55,961 nt of DNA from positions 1 through 55,961 of IMG/VR virus record IMGVR_UViG_3300033814_000040. The stretch is one strand, 5' to 3'. Origin of the DNA: a virus. Taxonomy: Duplodnaviria; Caudoviricetes. This document shows, piece after piece, positions 17,680-27,900 of this stretch. Made by a program: the position numbers and the translations under genes. Position 1 is the first letter of the stretch, and each line of letters starts with the position of its first letter. The notes beneath the pieces are model-generated. The model was not told the origin of the DNA and did no database searches. It saw only the letters and a list, made by a program, of their open reading frames with translations.

Positions 17680-18461
17680 TCGTCTCGACCTTCGGAGCGA
17701 CCGATCGTTATCCTGACGGGGAGATGATGCGGAAGACCTTGAACGCCTTCCTCGGTTCGCTCCGCCGGCAGACCTCGGGTGCGTTCCATCTGTTTCTGGT
17801 CGGCCACGACCTGCCGCCCGTCTCGCTGGCGGAGCCGTGGATCTCGTGGACCTCGATCTCGGACGGGAACGGCGGATCGTACATCCACCGCTATCTTCCG
17901 CAACTGGCAACGGACCCCCTGTTCTTCGACAGCCGCGGCATGGCCGACAAGATCACGGACATGGGGTTGAAAACATACCGGGCCGTGATCGAGGCAGGGA
18001 GGTGGGCACACGAACGTGGGATCAAGAGCTTCTGGCTTCTGCGGATGGACTCGGACGATCTGCTCTGCAAGGGGATGGTGGCTCTGCTCATGTCCCTCGA
18101 TCCCGGGAAGATCCGGGCGGTATTCAACCGGACGTGCCACATGTACGACCCGCGCACAGGGGAGATCGCGGAGAAAAGGCATCCATGGTCCACGACCGTG
18201 AACGCGCTCCATTACCGGATGTCGGAAGCTGGCGCGTTCGACCCTGAATGGTTCTACCACTGCCGGGACCATACGACGTTCTGGCAGACGGTCAAGAAGG
18301 ACGGGATCAAGGCGATGGAGGTGGACCACGCGCTATGCATCACGACGAACACCGGGAACTCGATCTCCGGCAGGCCGGAACTCGGGAAGGAAGAGGGCGC
18401 GAGGAAGGTGAGGCTCACGAAGGAAATCGCGGAGAGGTACGGACTCAATGGATTCGCGTGA
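17670..18461 (+). CDS. GT-A fold (GT2-like) glycosyltransferase
   Basis: LGSLRRQT...FLVGHD, LLRMDSDDLL (DxD motif). Confidence 0.7.
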   Translation: MVLIVSTFGATDRYPDGEMMRKTLNAFLGSLRRQTSGAFHLFLVGHDLPPVSLAEPWISWTSISDGNGGSYIHRYLPQLATDPLFFDSRGMADKITDMGLKTYRAVIEAGRWAHERGIKSFWLLRMDSDDLLCKGMVALLMSLDPGKIRAVFNRTCHMYDPRTGEIAEKRHPWSTTVNALHYRMSEAGAFDPEWFYHCRDHTTFWQTVKKDGIKAMEVDHALCITTNTGNSISGRPELGKEEGARKVRLTKEIAERYGLNGFA

Positions 18462-19083
18462 GAAAGTCAGGGAGCTCGCGAGTCAGAATGACCGGATCGC
18501 GATCGCCGCGTGCCTGCCGATGATCTACGAGGAGGCGCGGGCTGCGAAGCCGAACCTGATCGTCGAGCTCGGCGTGTCGAGGGAAGCGCTCGCGAACAAG
18601 GTCCTTACCTTCGTGGCGGAAGAGTTCGATTCGACGTTCGTCTCCTGCGACCTGTATGACTTCTCTGACGTCTGCCGTTACCCACGCTGGTACTTCTACC
18701 AGGTCGAGGCGAGGATGCTCGCGACCAGGTGGCGGCAGACTTGCGCGGACCTCGGCGTGCCGGCGAACGTGGATCTTCTCTTCGTGGACTGCGACGAGAA
18801 GTACGAGACGACCAGGGGGATCCTCATGCTGTGGGGCTCGTTCCTCAAGGAGGGATCAACCCTCATGCTCCGCTGCACGAACCTCAAAAAAGAGCTCTCC
18901 TATGCGGACGGGCGCAGGACGAACCTCGGGTGGGACAACAAGCGCGGGGTGATGCGAGCGATCGAGGAGGATCTCGGCGCCTACTTCGACGAAGCGAGGC
19001 CGTTCTCCGGGAAGATCAACGGGTACGATGTTAGGCACATCCCCTGGGGCGCCGGGCTCACGGTCTTGAGGAGGGAGAAGTGA
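18448..19083 (+). CDS. SAM methyltransferase (Methyltransf_24-like)
   Basis: LIVELGV, VSCD, VDLLFVDCDEKYE, FLKEG. Confidence 0.7.
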   Translation: MDSREKVRELASQNDRIAIAACLPMIYEEARAAKPNLIVELGVSREALANKVLTFVAEEFDSTFVSCDLYDFSDVCRYPRWYFYQVEARMLATRWRQTCADLGVPANVDLLFVDCDEKYETTRGILMLWGSFLKEGSTLMLRCTNLKKELSYADGRRTNLGWDNKRGVMRAIEEDLGAYFDEARPFSGKINGYDVRHIPWGAGLTVLRREK

Positions 19084-20213
19084 TCCCCCTCTTCCACCCG
19101 CCGGCGCAGGACGTATGCCTCATGCTTCGGGAGCTCGGGGACACCCTCTCCGGGAGATGGTGGGGGCAGGGGCCGAAGGTGGACAGGTTCGAGAAGGAGT
19201 TCGGGGAGAAGTTCGGATTCCCGCGCTGCGTCTTCGTGAACTCGGGGACGGCCGCGCTCCATCTCGCCTACGAGCTCGCGGAGGTGGGCCCGGGAGATGA
19301 GGTGATCGTGCCTGTGCTCACGTGCACGGCGACTTGTCACCCGATCCTGCTCCTCGGGGCGAAGATCGTGTTCGCGGACGTGCGCAGGGACACGCTCACC
19401 GTCGACCCGGAAGACGTGGCGAGGAAGGTCACATCCAGGACAAGGGCGATCATCGCGGTCCACCTCGGGGGGATCGTGGCGGACTCGGAACACCTCAAGG
19501 AGATCGCGAGGGACAAAGATGTCGCGCTCATCGAGGACGCGGCGCAGGCGCTCGGGGCCCCTGGGGTCGGATACGGGGACTTCACCTGCTTCTCGTTCCA
19601 GGCAATCAAGCATATGAGCACCGGGGATGGTGGGATGCTTGTCGTGCGAACCGAATACGGGGAGAAGATGGCTCGGCGGCTCCGGTGGTTCGACATCGAC
19701 CGCGAGGCGAAGAAGGAGAAGGGATGGCAGGCATGGGACCGGCGAGGGATCACGTGCGACCAGGAGAGGCCCGGGTACAAGTATCAGGGGAATGACATCG
19801 CCGCGTCGATCGGCCTGGCGGCGCTCAAGACTGTCGACGCCACGCTCGGGCACCGGGCAAGGCTCGCCGACCTCTACCGCAGGCTCCTCTCCGGGGTCTA
19901 CGGGATCCGGCTCCTCGCGGATGAGCCTTCCTCGTACTGGCTGTTCATGGTCCGCGTTCTGTGGGACCGCGACAGGCTCGCGGAATACCTCGCCGCGGGG
20001 GGCGTCGAGACGAACGTCGCGCACGTGCGCAACGATCTGTTCACGGTGTTCGGAGGAAGAAGGCAGCCCGGGCTTCCCGGCATGGACGAGGTGGAACATC
20101 AGTACCTCTGCCTGCCGATACACGACCGGGTGTCGGCGAACGACGTGGGGTATGTCTGCGGACAGATCAAGCTGTGGAGCATGAAAGCCGTCGTCGTCGC
20201 GGAGAAGGGATGA
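19080..20213 (+). CDS. DegT/DnrJ/EryC1/StrS PLP-dependent NDP-sugar aminotransferase
   Basis: VNSGTAALHLA, GDEVIVP, IEDAAQALG, FSFQAIKHMSTGDGG (PLP lysine). Confidence 0.95.
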   Translation: MIPLFHPPAQDVCLMLRELGDTLSGRWWGQGPKVDRFEKEFGEKFGFPRCVFVNSGTAALHLAYELAEVGPGDEVIVPVLTCTATCHPILLLGAKIVFADVRRDTLTVDPEDVARKVTSRTRAIIAVHLGGIVADSEHLKEIARDKDVALIEDAAQALGAPGVGYGDFTCFSFQAIKHMSTGDGGMLVVRTEYGEKMARRLRWFDIDREAKKEKGWQAWDRRGITCDQERPGYKYQGNDIAASIGLAALKTVDATLGHRARLADLYRRLLSGVYGIRLLADEPSSYWLFMVRVLWDRDRLAEYLAAGGVETNVAHVRNDLFTVFGGRRQPGLPGMDEVEHQYLCLPIHDRVSANDVGYVCGQIKLWSMKAVVVAEKG

Positions 20214-20214
20214 C

Positions 20215-20958
20215 ATGGTAGACATCACGATCACCACCTACAACCGCTGCGGGATGCTGAAGCGCACGCTGGACGCCCTCTTCTCGACGGTGGACGTGCC
20301 GCACCGAATCTTCGTGATCGACGACTGCTCCACGGACCAGACCCCGGAATATCTCTCGAAGATGAACGGAGACAAGCTGCAATTCGTGGCGCTCTCGAAG
20401 AAGAGAAACGGCGTGGTCTATGGCTTCAACATGCTCTGGAACATGGTGGACTACTACGATTCCTTCCACGGCGCGTTCCCCTATATGTGCTACCTCCAGG
20501 ACGACATGATCGCCACGGAGAAGGGGTGGCTCACGACGATTATTCACGCCTACGAGGAGCTGCAGAACGAGCATCAGATCGGCTTCTTCGGTGGACACGA
20601 CGCGCCGGAGCATCCGGTCCGGGAGATCGTCGAGTGGAAGGGAAGGAACGTCTTCCTGAAGCGTTCCTCTGGGGCGACGAACCTGGTCGCCACGAAGGAG
20701 TTCTGGAGGTCCGTTGGGTATGTGCCGAAGTGCAACCCGGACGGAACGCCGAGGGGATTCCCCGACCGACAGCGCGGGTCGCACATCGACCTGTACTTGA
20801 CCGGCTGCATGTCGGGATCGAGGTTCGTCAGGAACTCCGCCGGCGTGAACTGCTCTGTGAACCAGGGGAAGAATCTCATGGTGATCCCTGGGTTGCTCCT
20901 GCATGAAGGACAGTCGGCCGCAGTGTCTACCTGGCGCGGAAAGGAAGTGAAGGCATGA
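20215..20958 (+). CDS. GT2 glycosyltransferase
   Basis: ITITTYNR, VIDDCSTD, YLQDD. Confidence 0.9.
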   Translation: MVDITITTYNRCGMLKRTLDALFSTVDVPHRIFVIDDCSTDQTPEYLSKMNGDKLQFVALSKKRNGVVYGFNMLWNMVDYYDSFHGAFPYMCYLQDDMIATEKGWLTTIIHAYEELQNEHQIGFFGGHDAPEHPVREIVEWKGRNVFLKRSSGATNLVATKEFWRSVGYVPKCNPDGTPRGFPDRQRGSHIDLYLTGCMSGSRFVRNSAGVNCSVNQGKNLMVIPGLLLHEGQSAAVSTWRGKEVKA

Positions 20959-21875
20959 ACCGGGCGATCGCCTACTTCTCCAACGGCCTCGGGAACTTTG
21001 TGATGATGATGCCTGCGATCCAGGCGCTTCGCGAGATGACCGGAGAGAAGGTGGACCTCTGCCTGCCGGACTCCTGGCGGGACTCGCGGAGGCCCGCGAT
21101 CGAGGCGATATGCGCCGCCTGGGACGTGGTGGGGGAAGTCATCAGCTACCCGAAAGACCCGATCGATCCGGCCCGCTACGCGCACTGGTTCTGGTCCGGC
21201 CACAGCTCGCAGACGGACGCAGTGCTGCCGTTCAAGCACAGGATGCGCCACGTGCCCGCGGCAAAGCCGAATTGGAGGGAGTCCCGCATCCACGAGCGGG
21301 ACCACTACATGGACATCGTGCGCGCGATGGGATGGAGGAACGGGGACGGCGTGCCGAAGGTGGACTTCCCGCTGGCGGAGGGGCCGGCCCTCTCGCTTCC
21401 GAGGCCTGTCATCGGGGTCTGCAATGGAGCGTTCAACACCCCGGCCTGGGAGAAGAAGCATTGGCCGCATTTCAAGGAGCTGGCGACGACCATGCGGCGA
21501 TACTTCAGGGCGTCCGTTGTGGGAGTGGGCGGCCCGGGAGAACTCGACGGGGTTCCCTGCGATGAAAACTTCTGCGGGAAGCTCTCCATCCTGGAGACCG
21601 CGAGGGTGATTCGGCAATGCGACCTGTTCGTCTCCACGGACACCGGCTGTATGCACATCGCCGACATCCTCGGGATCCGGACGATCGCGCTGTTCGGATC
21701 GACGCTGGTTTCCAAGAACGGCCCGCTCGGGGAACAATCCCGGGCGATCGTCTCCGGGCTGGACTGCGTGCCCTGCCTGGAGACGACCAAGTTTTTCACC
21801 TGCCAGCACAACGAGTGCATGCACTCCCTCTCCGTGGGGGACGTGATGCACGAGGCGAGGAGGACGCTCCGATGA
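20955..21875 (+). CDS. GT9 (heptosyltransferase-like) glycosyltransferase
   Basis: GLGNFVMMMPAIQALR, KHWP, DLFVSTDTGCMHIA, IALFG, C-terminal CVPC...C...CM. Confidence 0.9.
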   Translation: MNRAIAYFSNGLGNFVMMMPAIQALREMTGEKVDLCLPDSWRDSRRPAIEAICAAWDVVGEVISYPKDPIDPARYAHWFWSGHSSQTDAVLPFKHRMRHVPAAKPNWRESRIHERDHYMDIVRAMGWRNGDGVPKVDFPLAEGPALSLPRPVIGVCNGAFNTPAWEKKHWPHFKELATTMRRYFRASVVGVGGPGELDGVPCDENFCGKLSILETARVIRQCDLFVSTDTGCMHIADILGIRTIALFGSTLVSKNGPLGEQSRAIVSGLDCVPCLETTKFFTCQHNECMHSLSVGDVMHEARRTLR

Positions 21876-22453
21876 CGATGCTGATCGACGCGAAGACCCT
21901 AATCGGACCGCCGGTCAACGCGTCCGGGGACTACGACGGGCTCTTGGAGGACATCATCGCCGGGGTGCTCGCGGAGGCGGACGATTTCATGGGCGTCTCC
22001 TACCAGGCCGTTACGGACGCGATCGCATACTTCGACGGCGGGAAGTCGACCCTCTATCTCCCGCACGTCAACGTCACCGTCGCCTCCGTGGAAGTGGACG
22101 GCGTCGCGCTCTCCGCGGACGAATTCGTCGTCTACCCGGAGGCCGGGAAGATCGTCGGCAAGACCGGGTCGATCTCCGGATTCCCGACCGCCACGGATTA
22201 TTCGCCGGGAAGATTCGCGGCCGGCCAGCGCAACGTGAAGGTCACGTACAGCGGGGGATACGAAGAGGATGCCTACCCATTGGACCTAAGGAGGAAGCTC
22301 CTGAAGCAGGTCGCCTACGAGTTCAGGCGCCGGAGTGATCCGGGGCTGTCGGCGGTCTCCTACCCGGACGGAACCGTCTCGAAGTTCGCGATCGCAGAAT
22401 GGCTCGAAGACGTGGAAGCCATGCTCTCGCGGAAGAGGAGGATCTTCATTTGA
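21872..22453 (+). CDS. head-tail connector (gp6/gp15-like adaptor)
   Basis: YFDGG..TLYLP, NVKVTYSGGY...P.DL; position. Confidence 0.75.
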   Translation: MTMLIDAKTLIGPPVNASGDYDGLLEDIIAGVLAEADDFMGVSYQAVTDAIAYFDGGKSTLYLPHVNVTVASVEVDGVALSADEFVVYPEAGKIVGKTGSISGFPTATDYSPGRFAAGQRNVKVTYSGGYEEDAYPLDLRRKLLKQVAYEFRRRSDPGLSAVSYPDGTVSKFAIAEWLEDVEAMLSRKRRIFI

Positions 22454-23076
22454 TCCGTGGGAAGGTAGAGGGCGGAAAACCCGGGGACGTCCAGAAGGTA
22501 GGAGTCAGGCTCATCTCCGAGACGAAGAAGATCCTCAAATCCGAAGCGGTGCTAATGACCTCGCATACCCGGAAAACCTACATGTCCGGGCCGAGGCCGG
22601 TCCTGCTCGGGGTGCGGACCGGGAACTTGCGGTCACAGACGAAACCCCTGCCGGTCACCGAACGCCCCGGGGTGATCGAATCCGGCATGGGATTCGGTAC
22701 CGCGTACGCGCGCCCGCACGTGGGCCCCAAGGGGCAGGTCACGACGATCAGGCCGGTCAGGGCGAAGTGGCTCACCATCCCCTTGCCTGCAGCCATGACC
22801 AAGGCTGGCGTCCCCCGCGGAGCGGCGCAGTCCGGGATGTGGGGGGAGACATTCTTCGCCAGGAGCAAGAAGGGAAATTTGATCCTGTTCGGGAAGCGCG
22901 TCGCGCAAAAGGGGGCGCACGCTGGAGAGGCGCGCGGGGATGTCGTCCCGCTTTTCGTCCTCAAAAAGCAGGTCCAGATCAAGTCACGAGTGCATCCGGA
23001 AGTGATCCTCGCTTGGGAGAAGCCTCGCATGATCGCGGCGTTCGCGCAAATCGGCATTCGGCTGAAGGGGGCGTGA
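22450..23076 (+). CDS. neck/tail-completion protein (HK97 gp10-like)
   Basis: VRTGNLRS, YARPH; basic protein; TTGA overlap. Confidence 0.65.
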   Translation: MIRGKVEGGKPGDVQKVGVRLISETKKILKSEAVLMTSHTRKTYMSGPRPVLLGVRTGNLRSQTKPLPVTERPGVIESGMGFGTAYARPHVGPKGQVTTIRPVRAKWLTIPLPAAMTKAGVPRGAAQSGMWGETFFARSKKGNLILFGKRVAQKGAHAGEARGDVVPLFVLKKQVQIKSRVHPEVILAWEKPRMIAAFAQIGIRLKGA

Positions 23077-23077
23077 G

Positions 23078-23521
23078 ATGGCGGAACCGCTTAAAACCCT
23101 GATCCTGCGGGCGATCGCTGAGGCGGTTACGGCCATTCCTATCGTCGGCTCCGTGAAGCGGAACCCGCCCTCTCCGCCGAAGCGGGAGACGGCGATCTTC
23201 CCGGCAGTGTTCATCTACGATGATGCGGAGTCGAAGGTGAACAATAACCGGTACTCACGGAACACCTTCCCGATCCAATTCGAGGTCTATTTCCTGGCCG
23301 ACGAGGAGGACGCCAGCGACAAGGCGGACCTGATCGATTCCGAGATCTACAAGACGATCCTGAAAGACCCGGCGACCCTGGCGCTCATCAATGCCATCAA
23401 GCCGGAGGAGGGAAATACCTCAAGCAAGCAGTTCGTCGACGAGTTCACCGGGGTCCTGATCGCTCGCTATGTAGTGACGTACCAGCACGCCTATGGGGAC
23501 CCAACCGACCAGGCGAAATAG
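23078..23521 (+). CDS. tail terminator protein
   Basis: Acidic, ~147 aa, FPAVFIY; directly before the tail tube gene. Confidence 0.65.
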   Translation: MAEPLKTLILRAIAEAVTAIPIVGSVKRNPPSPPKRETAIFPAVFIYDDAESKVNNNRYSRNTFPIQFEVYFLADEEDASDKADLIDSEIYKTILKDPATLALINAIKPEEGNTSSKQFVDEFTGVLIARYVVTYQHAYGDPTDQAK

Positions 23522-23549
23522 CACGTAACCGATAGATTCCTTTCGTTCG

Positions 23550-23591
23550 AGGGGCCGCACTCCTTTGCCGGGGTGGCGGCCCTTTTTATTT
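23550..23591 (+). terminator. terminator-like hairpin upstream of the tail tube gene
   Basis: GGGCCGC...GCGGCCC followed by TTTTTATTT. Confidence 0.6.
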
Positions 23592-23632
23592 CCACTCAAC
23601 CGCAAATCCCAACCACGAAGGAGGAAAGGAAC

Positions 23633-24157
23633 ATGCCGACTGCACCGAGCACGAGCAATTACTATTTGGGGAAGGGGATCGTAAAGTTCGACCGGTTCGA
23701 CGATGCGGGGCTTCCGACCGGGCTCCGCGACATGGGAAACGCACCAGCCTTCACGATCCTTCCGGTCCTGGAGACGCTCGATCACTTCTCCAGCCGGGAG
23801 GGGATCAAGACGAAAGATCTGTCCGTCGACACGATGATCGGCGCGACGGTGAAGTTCACACTCGACGAGTACGACAAGGAGAACTTGGCGCTGGCACTGC
23901 TCGGAGAGGTGAGCGGGAACCTCATCCACGGCCTCACGAAGCGGAACATCATGGGGGAGCTGCGCTTCTTCGGTGGGAACGACATCGGCCCGAACTACAA
24001 CGCGACCATCTGGAAGGTCAAGATCAAGCCGGTATCCGAGGTCGGATTCATCACGGAAGAGTGGGGGAAGGTCGACTTCGAGGGTGAGGTCCTGTCCGTC
24101 GTGGCGGACCACCCGACCTCGCCGTTCTTCGACCTCCAAGACGTGACGGGGAGCTGA
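23633..24157 (+). CDS. major tail tube protein
   Basis: NYYLGKG...LRDMGN, LDHFSSR.G, ENLALAL; strong RBS; no sheath gene (siphovirus). Confidence 0.8.
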   Translation: MPTAPSTSNYYLGKGIVKFDRFDDAGLPTGLRDMGNAPAFTILPVLETLDHFSSREGIKTKDLSVDTMIGATVKFTLDEYDKENLALALLGEVSGNLIHGLTKRNIMGELRFFGGNDIGPNYNATIWKVKIKPVSEVGFITEEWGKVDFEGEVLSVVADHPTSPFFDLQDVTGS

Positions 24158-24158
24158 C

Positions 24159-24617
24159 ATGGGAGACGCTGAAAAGTCTGACGTGAAGGTCCTATTCCCC
24201 GGAACCGAGGTGTGCGGGTATACAACAAAGCCGTGGGTGCTGAGGCAGATCGTTGCCTTGGCACCCATCCTTGGTTCCTTCCTCGAAGTCATCAATGGCA
24301 GCGAGATTCGGAGCGTGGTGGTGCGCTTCGTCGAAGCCATCGACATCGAGACCAACTCAATCGACGCCGTTGTCGATGGCTTCAAGTCCGAGTGGAAGAA
24401 CATCGTGTACGCGCTCCTTGACCCGAATCTCGTCCCGGGACTCATCCCGCTTGCGCCGCGATTCCTCTCCATTTCGCTCGACGTGCCAGAGGAAGAGGTT
24501 GGGGGGCTCGGAACCGGGCCGACTACCGATCTTGTAAAAGCAGTCTTGGTGCAGAACAGGGATTACATAAAAAACTACTTCGGCCCGGCAAAGCAAGAGG
24601 CAGCGAAGGCGAGCTGA
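24159..24617 (+). CDS. tail assembly chaperone (gpG-like)
   Basis: Between tube and tape measure; slippery site near its 3' end. Confidence 0.75.
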   Translation: MGDAEKSDVKVLFPGTEVCGYTTKPWVLRQIVALAPILGSFLEVINGSEIRSVVVRFVEAIDIETNSIDAVVDGFKSEWKNIVYALLDPNLVPGLIPLAPRFLSISLDVPEEEVGGLGTGPTTDLVKAVLVQNRDYIKNYFGPAKQEAAKAS

Positions 24618-24925
24618 TCCGGGCCGTCGAGTTCCTGGTATCAAGAGGTCATGCTTTCCATGATGTGCTGAACGTCTACACGATGGAGCAGGTGTATGCG
24701 TTCGAGGATGCTGCCCATAGGAACGTCGCAGAAGATCTTGCCGAGATGGCAACGGCTTTCCGTGCGGCCGGGCATCCGAAAGATACTGTCTGGAAAAAGT
24801 ACATGGAACATCTGAACGGAAGGATGAACAGGGGGATGAAGAAAGCGAAAAGGAAGTCGCCTGCCGTGATGACGCGGGCGCAGGCGGCGGAACTTAGGAA
24901 GATGTCCACAAGAAGGGCGAACTGA
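24569..24925 (+). CDS. -1 frameshift extension of the chaperone (gpGT-like)
   Basis: A_AAA_AAC at 24569-24575 in the gpG frame; the -1 frame is open from there to the stop at 24925. Confidence 0.8.
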   Translation, partial: KKLLRPGKARGSEGELIRAVEFLVSRGHAFHDVLNVYTMEQVYAFEDAAHRNVAEDLAEMATAFRAAGHPKDTVWKKYMEHLNGRMNRGMKKAKRKSPAVMTRAQAAELRKMSTRRAN

Positions 24926-27900
24926 TGGCGAACGAGCAGACCATAGCGAACCTTATCATCAAGCTCTCCGCGCAGACGGTGGAGCTCGCCACCGGCCTGA
25001 AGAGAGCCGAGGGAATGGTATCCGGGTTCAAGGACATCGTGCAGAAGGCCCTGGGAGGGATCTCTCTCGCGATCGTCGGATACAAGCTCAAGCAGGCCGT
25101 CACGGATGCGAAGGACTACGCTGTCCAGATCTCCAAGACTGCCGAGAAGATCGGCATTTCTACGGTCGACCTCTCGAAGCTCGCGGACGCCGCGGACGAC
25201 GTAGGGCTCTCCCTGGACACGCTGGCTCTCGGAATCCGGTTCCTCGAGCGGGCCATGCTGGAGGCCTCCCAGCAGGAGGGGGAGACGAGGGACATCTTCA
25301 AGTCCCTGAAGGTCGAGTATGAAGCTGCCCCTGGAGTCGTCCGCCCCGCGATCGACGTCATCCTCGACCTGGCCGACGCGTTCAAGAGGATGGGCGACGA
25401 GGACCCGACCAAGGCGCCGAGGGCGATGAAGCTGATGGGGCGCGGCGCGGCCGAGATGATCCCCTTCCTGAACAAGGGGAAGCAGACCTTGACCGAATGG
25501 ATGGCCACTTCCGAGAAGGCCGGGATGGTCATCAGCGAGTCTCTCGGGAGGAGGGCTCGCGAGTTCGACCGCACGATGAACAATGTGAACGACGCCATAA
25601 AAGGCGTGTCGATCACCCTCATGAGCGAGCTGCTCCCGTCCTTGCAATCCGCGGCGAAGTTCCTGCTCGACGCTGCTTCGGCGATGAACAGCATGCGGGG
25701 AAGCGCGGGCTTCCTCGTCGACATGACGAAGTTTCTCCTGCTCTCCGTCGTCCCCCTGACCGCGGCCATCTTCATCCACTCGAAGGCGATCTGGATCGCT
25801 AACGTCGCGCTCCGGGCCTACGGGGCGGCCATTGCCTTCTTCTCCGGTCCGCTTGGCTGGATCACCATCGGCATCATCGCCCTATCCGCTGCATGGAGCC
25901 TCCTTGGAAAGGCAGAGAGAGAGGCCACCCGGGAACAGGAAAAGTTCGCAGACTCCGTCAAGGCGATGAAGATGGACGAGATCCAGATGGAGCTTCGGGA
26001 CACCGAGCGGCTCCTTACCCTCATGAGGCAGAGGTACGAGGCGTTGAGGGAGGAGTTGGAGCGGGACGTCGAGGTGAGCCTGTTCTCCGCGGGCAGGGCC
26101 AAGGAAGCCGACGATCTCTCGAAGGCGATGGCGAGGACGGAAGCCCGCGTGAAGATCCTGCGGAAGGCGATCGAGGAAGGACCGAAGGCGCCGAGCGAGA
26201 TGATTCCCAACGCGGAGGCCATGAAGGCCCTCGAGGACAAACTGCTCCAGCTCAAGGCTGCGATGAGCGAGTTCATCGACCCCACGGCCAAGGCCAGGGC
26301 CGAGCTCAAGGCGTTCATCGAGCAGACGGTCCGCGGGAAGGGTCCGATCACCCTGTACCAGGCGAAGATCAACGAGGTGACGGCAGCCAGCGAGAGGTAC
26401 CTCGCCGCCTCGCTCGACCTGAAGATCAGGCAGGCGAAGATCTCCGGAGAGCTCCAGAACGAGATCGCGATATGGGACCAGGCCCTCGCGGACCTCGAGA
26501 TCGACTACGAGCGCGGGCTCGTCGGGGTGGAGAATTATTTCGCAGAGCGTGCACGGATCATCGAGGAGAAGTCGAAGGCGGAGATCGATGCCCTGAAGGC
26601 GAAGCGGGAGCTCCCGGGGGTAGGGGAGCCGGAGAAGATCGCCATCGACCTCGAAATCGAGGTGAAAGAGACGGGGCTCGAGAGCGCCCTCATCCAGGAG
26701 GCAGCGACCGCGAAGAAGGCGGTCGACGAGTTCAAGGCGGCCGTCAGGGCGACGGAACTCCAGGCCATTGTGGACCGGAACACTCTGGACCTGGAGATCC
26801 TCACGGGTCAATACGACACCGGGCTCGTCGATCTCGCCACATTCTATCGGGAACGCCGGGAGATGATCCTGGCCGAGGCAGATAAGGAAATCGCCAACAT
26901 CCAGGCCGAGATAGACGTGGGACTTCCGGACAAGGAGAGGATCGCCAGGGAGAACGAGATCGCACGCATCCGCGCAAGGGCCGGCCTCGACCAGATACGG
27001 CTGAACAGGGAGATGGCCGCGGAGAGCAGGAAGCAGGTCCTCGATGCGATCGACCTCGCGAAGATGCTCGCCACGGCGAAGGCAGAAGGGACAACTGGAG
27101 AGATCGAAGCCATGCGCCTTCGCCACGACGCGGAGCTCGCAGAACTGGACAGTAGGAACCTCGAGGAGATCAATCAACTCGCGCTGCACCTCGGTCAGAA
27201 ATCAGAATTGGAAATGGACTACAACGAGAAGCGGCAGGCGATGGAGGAACTGTACGCGGCACAGGACATGCGGCGCAGGAAAAAGCTTGCCGACCAGGAG
27301 CGGGACGTTGCCCTGAAGCGGCTCGAGGCCCAGATGTTCGTGGCCACGGAGCTCGGGAATATCTTCGGGCAGATATACGAGATGTCCGGGAACAAACTGA
27401 AGGCGTTCTTCTACCTCCAGAAGGCGATGGCGATCGCACAGATATACATCAGTGCGGCTGCAGGGGCGATGAAGGCCGTCGAGCAGACCGGCATTTTCGG
27501 GATTCCAATGGCGTCCATCATCTGGGCGATGGCCGCCGCGAACATCGGGATCGTCCTTGCCCAAACGGTCAAGGGGTTCGTGAAGGGAGGTCCGGTCACC
27601 TCCGGGTCAGGCAGGAAAGACGACGTCCCGGCAATGCTCACGAAGGGCGAGTATGTGCAACCGGAGCCTGCCGTCCGTTACTACGGTGTCCAGGTGATGG
27701 AGGCGATTCGGCGGATGGTGATCCCGAAAGATGCCTTCAAGGGATTCGGTTTTTTCCCCGTAGTTAGACCGCAGTTCGCGTTCGCGGGCGGGGGAGTCGT
27801 CGATAGACCTGCGGGGCCCTCCTTTGCAACGAACGTCACGGTGAACGTGGCGGACCCGCGCCTCGCAGCGGACCTCAAGAGGGAGATCGAGAAGACGGCC

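Noticed and set aside
16019-21875. Glycosyltransferase cluster as a DNA hypermodification system
   Set aside because: No hydroxymethylase, TET/JBP, kinase or phage polymerase is present to create an acceptor base, and the late head-module position fits poorly. Disfavoured rather than excluded.
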